This document shows positions 16,436 to 23,581 of a stretch of 47,042 bases of DNA, piece after piece. Position numbers and translations under genes: made by a program. Under the pieces are notes generated by a model that worked only from the letters and a program-made list of their open reading frames with translations, had not been told where the DNA came from and did no database searches. The stretch's first letter is position 1, and the number at the start of each line of letters is the position of its first letter. The stretch comes from Chloroflexota bacterium (GTDB lineage Bacteria; Chloroflexota; Limnocylindria; Limnocylindrales; CSP1-4): the NCBI GenBank assembly GCA_043743315.1, contig JAYTWS010000066.1, positions 1 through 47,042 of the forward strand. Reading direction: 5' to 3'.

Positions 16436-18226
16436 ATGAGCGCCGAATTCGACCTTCGCCTGTCGTCGACCGACGAGGCGGCCGTGATGGCTGTGGCTGA
16501 TCACGCGCGACGAAACAGCTGGGCCGAGCGCCTCATGGACCGCGACGTGACCCTCTGGTCAGACGACCCCGACGTGCAGCGCTCCATCGCAGATCGCCTC
16601 GGGTGGCTCGACGCCCCGGCCCATTTCACCGATCAGATCGCAGCCCTCGAGGGCTTCGGCGATGGCATTCGGGTGGCGGGCTTCCGGACGGCAGTCGTGA
16701 TGGGGATGGGCGGTTCGAGCCTGGCCCCGGAGGTCCTGCATCGGACCTTCGGCACCGCCGACGGGTACCTCGATCTCCGGGTCCTCGATTCCACCGATCC
16801 AGCAGCCGTTGCCGCCGTCGTCGACGACCTCGACCCGCTCTCAACCCTGTGGATCGTGGCATCGAAGTCGGGCACCACGACCGAACCGCTGGCTTTCCTG
16901 GCCGATGCCTGGGCGCGAATCGCCGACGCGCTGGCGGTGGCCGGCTCATCGCAGCAACCGGGCGAGTTCATCGTGGCCATCACCGATCCGGGAACGAGCG
17001 TCGGAGCGATCCCGCACCACGACGACCTTCGCGAGGTATTCCTCAATCCGCCCGACATCGGGGGCCGCTACGCCGCGTTGTCCTACGTCGGCCTCGTGCC
17101 TGCTTCCTTGATCGGGCTGGACCTCGATTCGCTGCTGGCGTCCGCCTCGATGATGGTCGCCGCAAGTCGAGAACCGGAGCCGCAGCGCAATCCGGCACTC
17201 CTGCTGGGGATTGCCCTCGGCGAGCTCGTACGACAGGGCCGGGACAAGTTGACGTTCATGATGGATCCGGCGCTCGCCAGCTTCGGGGCGTGGGCCGAGC
17301 AGCTGATCGCCGAGTCGACCGGCAAGCACGGCATCGGGATCGTTCCCGTCGATCGGGAACCACTTGGTGCCACTGACGCGTACGGCACGGATCGGGTGTT
17401 CGTGTCGATGGCCCTGACCGACTCGGCGGATCCATCGCACGGACTGCTCGATGCACTCGCTGCCGCCGGGCATCCCGTGATCCGACTGGTCCTCGATGAC
17501 CCGATGGACCTCGGCGCCGAATTCATCCGCTGGGAGGTGGCTACGGCGATCGCGGGCGCCGTCCTGGGCATCGACCCATTCGATCAGCCGAACGTCGAGG
17601 AGGCCAAGGAGCTGACCCGTCAGCTGCTCGCAGCCAAGGGGACCGCCGCCGGGCTCGCGGGCGCCGCCGGGCGCGCGGGTGCCGCCGGACGCGCGGGCGC
17701 CGCCGGACGCGCGGGTGCCGCCGGGCGCGCGGGTGCCGACTCGGTCGAGGATCCGATGCGCCCGCTCGACATCGAGTCAGTCGGGCAGGATGCCCTCATC
17801 GAAGCGATCCGAGCCGGACTCAGGAGCGATGCGCGCGCGGGCCATTACATGGCGATCCAGGCGTTCATTGCCCCGAACGACGCGGCCGATGCGACCTTCG
17901 AGCGGATCCGCGCCCTGGTCCGCGACCGAACCGGCATGGCCACGACCTCCGGCTACGGGCCACGCTTCCTCCACTCGACCGGCCAGTTGCACAAGGGAGG
18001 AGCGGCCACGGGCTGGTTCGTTCAGTTGATCTCGGCTCATCCGCTCGATCGCGAAATTCCCGGCTGGCCGTATACGTTCGGCGGCCTCATCGATGCCCAG
18101 GCTCAGGGCGATGCCGGTGCCATCTCATCTCACGACCTTCCAATCCTTCGCTTGCGGCTGGGCATCGACCGTGATGCCGACCTCGCCATGCTGGAGCGAG
18201 CCTTCGCCAAGGCGCTCAACGCCTAA
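16436..18226 (+). CDS. pgi: Glucose-6-phosphate isomerase (the PGI type often found fused to transaldolase)
   Basis: 596 aa. SIS-domain motifs VVMGMGGSSLAPEV and WIVASKSGTTTEPLAF are present. The N-terminus RDVTLWSDDP...LGWLD resembles the PGI half of Tal-PGI fusions. It carries an internal tandem-repeat insert. Confidence 0.85.
   Translation: MSAEFDLRLSSTDEAAVMAVADHARRNSWAERLMDRDVTLWSDDPDVQRSIADRLGWLDAPAHFTDQIAALEGFGDGIRVAGFRTAVVMGMGGSSLAPEVLHRTFGTADGYLDLRVLDSTDPAAVAAVVDDLDPLSTLWIVASKSGTTTEPLAFLADAWARIADALAVAGSSQQPGEFIVAITDPGTSVGAIPHHDDLREVFLNPPDIGGRYAALSYVGLVPASLIGLDLDSLLASASMMVAASREPEPQRNPALLLGIALGELVRQGRDKLTFMMDPALASFGAWAEQLIAESTGKHGIGIVPVDREPLGATDAYGTDRVFVSMALTDSADPSHGLLDALAAAGHPVIRLVLDDPMDLGAEFIRWEVATAIAGAVLGIDPFDQPNVEEAKELTRQLLAAKGTAAGLAGAAGRAGAAGRAGAAGRAGAAGRAGADSVEDPMRPLDIESVGQDALIEAIRAGLRSDARAGHYMAIQAFIAPNDAADATFERIRALVRDRTGMATTSGYGPRFLHSTGQLHKGGAATGWFVQLISAHPLDREIPGWPYTFGGLIDAQAQGDAGAISSHDLPILRLRLGIDRDADLAMLERAFAKALNA
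17645..17734 (+). repeat. In-frame tandem repeat inside pgi: 5 x 18 bp encoding (AAG[L/R]AG)5
   Basis: The unit gccgccggNcgcgcgggY occurs five times back to back. It translates to AAGLAG AAGRAG AAGRAG AAGRAG AAGRAG. (17645-16436) is divisible by 3. Confidence 0.9.
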
Positions 18227-18260
18227 GGGCCGGTCGCGGAGTCCGGGCGGCGGGGCGGCG

Positions 18261-18368
18261 CGCTGCCACGCCAGGCCCGGTGGACCCCCACGCTGCCACG
18301 GCAGGCGCACCGGACCCCCACGCTGCCACGCCAGGCCCGGTGGACCCCCACGCTGCCACGGCAGGCCC
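18261..18368. repeat. Tandem array of about 3.6 x 30 bp with alternating A/B variants (60-bp higher-order period)
   Basis: A=cgctgccacgccaggcccggtggaccccca (18261, 18321). B=cgctgccacggcaggcgcaccggaccccca (18291). A truncated B-like copy lies at 18351-18368. The array starts 35 nt after the pgi TAA. Confidence 0.9.
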
Positions 18369-18430
18369 GTCATTCGTCCGGCGTAAGAAGTCGACGTGAT
18401 GAGCCCTCGCGCGGTGGGCACCGTGTCGAT

Positions 18431-18603
18431 CTCGTACGTGGGGCGTATGAGATCGACGAATCACCGCCGCGAAGCTGTCTGCAGGTCGCTTGGCAAGCTC
18501 CGTTCCTAGGCCCGGCGTATGAACTGGCCGTTCTTCGGGCTCCATGCGTCAACTTCTTACGTGGCAGGTATGACGATGCGGGTTTCATACGTGGCGCGTA
18601 TGA
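18431..18603. promoter_or_regulatory. Three operator-like 19-21 bp palindromes (TCnTACG-N5-CGTATGA) plus half-sites in a lower-GC core
   Basis: The three sites are cTCGTACGtggggCGTATGAg (18431-18451), TCTTACGtggcagGTATGA (18555-18573) and TCATACGtggcgCGTATGA (18585-18603, perfect 7-bp arms). Half-sites are cggCGTATGA (18513-18522) and CGTAAGAAG (18382-18390). Confidence 0.45.
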
Positions 18604-18620
18604 AGGACGCAAGAGTGCCG

Positions 18621-18817
18621 AGCAGGCTGGCGCGCCGAGCAGGCTGGCGCGCCGGGCGGGAACCAAGGCGCCGCGCAGGCTGGCGCGCCGCGCAGGCTGG
18701 CGCGCCGCGCAGGCTGGCGCGCCGGGCGGGAACCAGGGCGCCGCGCAGGCTGGCGCGCCGGGCGGGAACCAGGGCGCCGGGCGGGAACCAAGGCGCCGGG
18801 CGGGAACCAGGGCGCGC
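18621..18817. repeat. Interleaved two-unit tandem array: X (17 bp) and Y (19 bp) in the order XXYXXXYXYYY
   Basis: X=NGCAGGCTGGCGCGCCG and Y=GGCGGGAACCARGGCGCCG. There are eleven contiguous units with no spacers. Periods of 17 and 19 bp are not multiples of 3. Confidence 0.9.
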
Positions 18818-18885
18818 GGGGAGCTGCCCAGGGAGTACCTCGTAGCCTCAGGTCACGCCGCTTCGGCGCAGGAACGGTCCGCGCG

Positions 18886-18891
18886 TAGACT
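18886..18891 (+). promoter_or_regulatory. -10-like hexamer TAGACT upstream of gnd
   Basis: gcGTAGACTTgg lies 61 nt before ATG 18953. A GGAGG Shine-Dalgarno follows. Confidence 0.35.
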
Positions 18892-18952
18892 TGGTGCAAG
18901 GTCGGCGGCTGCACATCAGTCGCGCCGCCACCTGCATCGGAGGCGTCGCGAC

Positions 18953-19852
18953 ATGCGCATCGGGTTCATCGGACTTGGCCGGATGGGGGCCAACATGTGC
19001 CGCCGGCTAATGCAGGACGGCCACCAGATCGTGGCCTACAACCGCAGCCCCGAGAAGACCCAGGAGCTCGCGACCGAGGGTGCCGAACCGTCGTTCTCGA
19101 TCGCCGAACTCGTGGGCAAGCTCGAGAAGCCTCGAACGGTCTGGATCATGGTCCCGGCGGGCGACGCCACGGAGGCCCAGATCGCGGAGCTGACGGCGCA
19201 CCTCGAACCGGGCGACACGATCGTCGACGGCGGCAACACGAACTTCCATGACGACGTCCGGCGCCACGCGGACCTCGCGAAGCAGGGCGTCCAGTACGTC
19301 GATGCCGGCGTATCCGGCGGGATCTGGGGCCTGAAGGTCGGCTTCTGTCTGATGGTCGGCGGCGAGGTGGCCGCGGCGACGCCCCTGGAGCCCGTCTTCC
19401 TGAGCCTCGCGCCCGAGGGCGGCTACATCCATGCCGGCCCGCCCGGCGCCGGCCACTACGTGAAGATGATTCACAACGGGATCGAGTACGGAATGATGCA
19501 GTCATACGCGGAGGGATTCGAGATCCTCCACGCCTCGGAGTACGACCTCGACCTGGCGGCCATCGCCGACAACTGGATGCATGGCAGCGTCGTCCGGAGC
19601 TGGCTGCTCGAGCTGCTAGGGCTCGCCTACAAGGGCCAGGGCCAGGACCTCGAGCACCTCAAGGGCTGGGTCGCCGATTCCGGCGAGGGCCGCTGGACCG
19701 TCCAGGAGGCGATTGATCGGGACGTCCCGGCGCCCGTCATCACGATCGCGCTGCAGACGCGGTTCCGTTCGCGCCAGGACGACAGCTACGGAGCCAAGGT
19801 CCTCGCGGCGCTGCGCAACGAGTTCGGCGGACACGCGGTCAAGAACAGCTGA
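18953..19852 (+). CDS. gnd: 6-phosphogluconate dehydrogenase, short decarboxylating form (about 300 aa)
   Basis: The Rossmann N-terminus is MRIGFIGLGRMGANM. VDGGNTNFHDD, DAGVSGGIWG and KMIHNGIEYGMMQSYAEGF match the Gnd family. Confidence 0.9.
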   Translation: MRIGFIGLGRMGANMCRRLMQDGHQIVAYNRSPEKTQELATEGAEPSFSIAELVGKLEKPRTVWIMVPAGDATEAQIAELTAHLEPGDTIVDGGNTNFHDDVRRHADLAKQGVQYVDAGVSGGIWGLKVGFCLMVGGEVAAATPLEPVFLSLAPEGGYIHAGPPGAGHYVKMIHNGIEYGMMQSYAEGFEILHASEYDLDLAAIADNWMHGSVVRSWLLELLGLAYKGQGQDLEHLKGWVADSGEGRWTVQEAIDRDVPAPVITIALQTRFRSRQDDSYGAKVLAALRNEFGGHAVKNS

Positions 19853-19853
19853 C

Positions 19854-21473
19854 GTGGCAAGCGCCGCGAGCCCCGCACCATCGGGACCCCGCACGATCCG
19901 CGAGGAGCGCCTCGAGCGCGGCGGCAAGCGGCGCCGCGCGCCGAAGGTCGTCGCGAATCCACTCCGCGAGGGCCTTCGCCTGGAGCGCGTCCCGGATCCG
20001 CACGTCATGGTCCTGTTCGGGGCCACCGGTGACCTGTCGCATCGCAAGGTCTTCCCGGCGCTTGCCCAGCTCTGGCGGACCAACCTGCTGCCCCAGGACT
20101 GGCAGCTCGTGGCGGTCGGCCGGCGGCCGTATGACGACGAGACATTCCGGGCCGAGATCGGCAAGTCCCTCGAGCAGCACAGCCGTGTCCAGCTCGATGC
20201 CGAGGTCGGAGCGCAGTTCCTGAGCCGGATCTCCTACCACCAGGGCGACTTCGGCGATGACGCCGCGTTCGATCGACTGGCCGAACGCCTCGATGCGATG
20301 GACGCCGAGCACGGCATGCTGGGCCACCGCCTGTTCTATCTCGCGACCCAGTCCTCGGCATTCCCGGTCATCGTGGCCCAGCTCGGCCGGTGCGGGCTCG
20401 ATCACGAGGTCCACGGTGGCGGCTGGCGCCGGATCGTCATCGAGAAGCCGTTCGGGCGAGACCTCGATTCCGCGAAGAAGCTCAACCGCGAGGTCGGCCG
20501 GGTCTTCCGCGAGTCGCAGGTCTATCGGATCGACCACTACCTCGGCAAGGAAACGGTCCGGAACCTGATGGTCTTCCGGTTCGGCAACGGGATCTTCGAG
20601 CCGCTCTGGAACCGCCGGTACGTCGATCACGTGCAGATCACGATGGCCGAATCGATCGGGGTCGAGGAGCGCGGCTCGTTCTACGAGGAGACCGGCGCGA
20701 CCCGCGACGTCGTCCAGAACCACCTGCTCCAGCTCCTCACGCTCGTGGCGATGGAGCCCCCGGCAACCTTCGAGGCCGATGCCCTCCGGGACGAGAAACT
20801 GAAAGTCCTCCGGGCCATCCAGCCCCCGACGCCAGCCGACGTCGCGGCCAATGTGGTTCGCGGCCAGTACGGTCCGGGCTGGGTTGCCGCCGAGGCCGTC
20901 AAGGGCTATCGGCAGGAGCTTGAAGTCGACCCCGAATCGGAGACCGAGACGTTTCTGGCGGCCCGCTTCCAGGTCGACGACTGGCGCTGGTCCGACGTCC
21001 CGTTCTATCTCCGAACCGGCAAGCGGTTGCCCAAGCGCGCGACTGAGATCGCCATCCAGTTCAAGCAGGTCCCACATCGGCTGTTCCAGGACGCAGCCGT
21101 GGATCCGGAGCCCAACCTGCTGGCGATCCGGATCCAGCCCGATGAGGGGATCCTGCTCCGGTTCGGCTCGAAGGTGCCGGGTCTGGGCCTCGACATCCGG
21201 ACCGTGACGATGGACTTCACCTACGGGTCCGCGTTCTCGGTGGACAGCCCCGACGCCTACGAGACCCTGATCCTCGATGCCATGCTCGGCGACGCCTCGT
21301 TGTTCACGCGGGCCGACGAGGTCGAGGCGGCCTGGGCCATCGCGACGCCGATCGTCGAGACCTGGGTGGATGGCCCCGCGCCCGAGATGCCGAACTACAC
21401 CGCCGGGACGTGGGGCCCGGATGCCGCCGATGCCCTGATCGAGCGAGACGGCCGCCGCTGGCGCCGGATCTGA
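19854..21473 (+). CDS. zwf: Glucose-6-phosphate 1-dehydrogenase
   Basis: VLFGATGDLSHRKVFPAL, the active-site motif RIDHYLGKE and QNHLLQLL are present. I chose the start at GTG 19854, 1 nt after the gnd stop. The tracked ORF start at 19713 lies inside gnd. The exact start is uncertain. Confidence 0.9.
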   Translation: MASAASPAPSGPRTIREERLERGGKRRRAPKVVANPLREGLRLERVPDPHVMVLFGATGDLSHRKVFPALAQLWRTNLLPQDWQLVAVGRRPYDDETFRAEIGKSLEQHSRVQLDAEVGAQFLSRISYHQGDFGDDAAFDRLAERLDAMDAEHGMLGHRLFYLATQSSAFPVIVAQLGRCGLDHEVHGGGWRRIVIEKPFGRDLDSAKKLNREVGRVFRESQVYRIDHYLGKETVRNLMVFRFGNGIFEPLWNRRYVDHVQITMAESIGVEERGSFYEETGATRDVVQNHLLQLLTLVAMEPPATFEADALRDEKLKVLRAIQPPTPADVAANVVRGQYGPGWVAAEAVKGYRQELEVDPESETETFLAARFQVDDWRWSDVPFYLRTGKRLPKRATEIAIQFKQVPHRLFQDAAVDPEPNLLAIRIQPDEGILLRFGSKVPGLGLDIRTVTMDFTYGSAFSVDSPDAYETLILDAMLGDASLFTRADEVEAAWAIATPIVETWVDGPAPEMPNYTAGTWGPDAADALIERDGRRWRRI

Positions 21474-21481
21474 TCACGACC

Positions 21482-22741
21482 GTGGAAGAGATCGGGATCC
21501 AGGACGCGCCTGTGGTCGGGCAACCCATCCTTCGGTGGTCCTCGCGGACCGATTCCCTGGCCGGCATCGAGGCGGAGCTCGCCAAGGCCTGGTCCTCGAC
21601 GCCGCTGACCACGGCGGGAGACGACGGCGCCCCGGAGCGCCGGATCGCCGCCCGGACGAGCGTGCTCAACCTGGTGGTGATCGCCCGGCAGCCGGAGATC
21701 GGGGCACGGGCCGCGGCGGTGATCCGGATGCTGACCGGCCGGCACCCATCGCGGACCCTGATCGTCTCGAGCGCCGATCCGGACGGTCCGTCGTGGCTCG
21801 ATGCGCACATCCAGGCCCATTGCGTGCTGCCCAGACCGGACGCGGCGGAGACCTGCGCTGAGTTCATCGATCTCGTCGCCGGCGGCGAGACCGGACGCCA
21901 CGTCGCCGCGATCGTCGCGCCGCTATTGGTCCACGATCTGCCGGTGACCGTCTGGTGGCCAGGGGATCCGCCCCTCGGCACGCGCCAGGCCCGCGACATG
22001 GTGGACATGGCCGATCGCCTGGTGGTCGATGGCTCCCACTGGTCCGGTGACGGCCTCGAGCGACTGCGAGCGCTGGCGCACGTCGTGGCGAGTCACCAGG
22101 CCAGCGGTCATCCGCTGGCCGTGTCGGATTTCGCGATGATTCGCCAGTCGCGCTGGCGTGAGGCGATCGCCTCGAGCTTCGATCGCCCGGAGCTGCGGCC
22201 GTTCCTGGCGGGAATCACCGACATCACCGTCCGTTATGCCGCGCATGCGGAGACCGATGCCAACAGCACGAACCTGATCAAGCCGCTCTACCACCTCGGC
22301 TGGCTGGCCTCGCGGCTCGGGATGGTCGTCGTGGACCCGCTCCACCCGGTTGTGCCGAATACGGATCCCGACACCGAAGATGGCGAGGGCCTCGACGATG
22401 GCGAGGGCCTCGGGCCGCCCCTGGTCGGCGAGCTCAGGGCCGGTCGGCGGCGCGTGCGGGTCTCGATCAGGCCCATGGCTTCGCCGATGCCGCCCGGCAC
22501 CACGCTGACCGTGGAGCTGGCCGCGCGCCGCCGCGGCGTCGATCTCGCGGTCGTGGTGTCCGCGGAGGCCGAGGCCGTCATCGTGAGTGCGACGCTCGAC
22601 GGCCGGGCCATGCCGGTTCGCAGGTTCATGGCGCCACGACGAACGGAGGTCGAGCTGCTCGCCGAGACCGTCGAATCCGTCGGCGTGGATCCGGTGGCCG
22701 TCGCAGCACTGTTCGCCGCCGCCGCCCTGGTCCCGGCGTGA
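21482..22741 (+). CDS. opcA: Glucose-6-phosphate dehydrogenase assembly protein OpcA
   Basis: RTSVLNLVVIA...GRHPSRTLIV...ETCAEFIDL...VAPLLVHDLPVTVWWPGDPP are typical OpcA blocks. It sits between zwf and pgl. The start is uncertain (GTG 21482 chosen, ATG 21410 would overlap zwf by 64 nt). The C-terminus is longer than usual. Confidence 0.8.
   Translation: MEEIGIQDAPVVGQPILRWSSRTDSLAGIEAELAKAWSSTPLTTAGDDGAPERRIAARTSVLNLVVIARQPEIGARAAAVIRMLTGRHPSRTLIVSSADPDGPSWLDAHIQAHCVLPRPDAAETCAEFIDLVAGGETGRHVAAIVAPLLVHDLPVTVWWPGDPPLGTRQARDMVDMADRLVVDGSHWSGDGLERLRALAHVVASHQASGHPLAVSDFAMIRQSRWREAIASSFDRPELRPFLAGITDITVRYAAHAETDANSTNLIKPLYHLGWLASRLGMVVVDPLHPVVPNTDPDTEDGEGLDDGEGLGPPLVGELRAGRRRVRVSIRPMASPMPPGTTLTVELAARRRGVDLAVVVSAEAEAVIVSATLDGRAMPVRRFMAPRRTEVELLAETVESVGVDPVAVAALFAAAALVPA
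22379..22414 (+). repeat. In-frame 2 x 18 bp tandem duplication inside opcA (DGEGLD DGEGLG)
   Basis: gatggcgagggcctcgac is followed directly by gatggcgagggcctcggg. Confidence 0.85.
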
Positions 22742-23577
22742 TGGACGACCCCGAGATTACGGTCTTCCCGGCAGCGGGGGACGTGTCGCACGCGGCGGCG
22801 GGACGGATCGCCAACGCGATCATCGATGCCGTCACCGAGCGGGGTGTCGCCCACTGGGTCACGACCGGCGGCTCGACCCCGGGCCTGATCTACCGCCATC
22901 TCGCGGATTCGCCGCTCCGGGAGATGATCCCCTGGGATCGCGTTCACCTTTGGTGGAGCGACGATCGCTGGGTTCCGCCAGACGACGTCCTCTCGAATGC
23001 CCTCGCCTGCTGGGATCTCCTGCTGCGCGATGTGCCCGTCCCCCTCGATCAGGTCCACGTGATGCCGATTGCCGAGGCGATGCGGTCGGGCGACCCACCC
23101 GAGGTCGTGGCTGCACGGTACGAGGGGACGATGCGGGACGCCGGCCTCGAGGTCGATGACGCTGGATTCCCACGGATGGATGTCGTCCTCGTCGGCATCG
23201 GCTCTGACGGGCATCTCTTCTCGGTCTTTCCCGATTCACCCACCTGGGCCGACCCGAGCTGGGTCCAGGCCGTGGCTGCGCCGACCCATATCGCGCCGAG
23301 GGTCGCCCGCGTGACCCTCAACCCGAACGTGATCACGGCCGCTCGGTGGCCGTTGGCGGTCGTCCACGGTGCGGCCAAGGCGCCGATTCTGGGCGAGCTC
23401 TTCGGCCCCGTGCTCGATACGCGCCGGTGGCCGGCCCAGTTGATGCGTCGCGCTGGCGCTGCTTGGCTGCTCGACGAAAGCGCGGCCGCGGGACTTCCGT
23501 CCGAGGCGGTCGTGCGCCGCGAGGCGGCCGCCCCGGATATGGGCGAGTCGGGCCGCTCGGTGGCCTGGACGCCGTAA
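22738..23577 (+). CDS. pgl: 6-phosphogluconolactonase
   Basis: GGSTP...LHLWWSDDRWVPPDD...VLVGIGSDGHLFSVFP is the Pgl/NagB-like signature. The start overlaps the opcA stop (GTGATG at 22738-22743), so ATG 22741 is equally possible. Confidence 0.85.
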   Translation: MMDDPEITVFPAAGDVSHAAAGRIANAIIDAVTERGVAHWVTTGGSTPGLIYRHLADSPLREMIPWDRVHLWWSDDRWVPPDDVLSNALACWDLLLRDVPVPLDQVHVMPIAEAMRSGDPPEVVAARYEGTMRDAGLEVDDAGFPRMDVVLVGIGSDGHLFSVFPDSPTWADPSWVQAVAAPTHIAPRVARVTLNPNVITAARWPLAVVHGAAKAPILGELFGPVLDTRRWPAQLMRRAGAAWLLDESAAAGLPSEAVVRREAAAPDMGESGRSVAWTP

Positions 23578-23581
23578 GGCC

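Noticed and set aside
18261-18817. CRISPR array interpretation of the two repeat blocks
   Set aside because: The units are directly contiguous with no unique spacers. Unit lengths (17, 19 and 30 bp) and organisation do not fit CRISPR. No cas genes are in the window.
18125-18914. Four tracked ORFs (97-109 aa) over the pgi-gnd spacer: 18093-18386 and 18519-18845 on the plus strand, 18125-18421 and 18585-18914 on the minus strand
   Set aside because: Their translations are just the DNA repeats read out (PWQRGGPPGLA..., RRAGWRAGREP...). The 17- and 19-bp units are not multiples of 3. There is no ribosome-binding site, and the composition is extreme.
19839-21077. 412-aa minus-strand ORF
   Set aside because: It is the antisense shadow of zwf.
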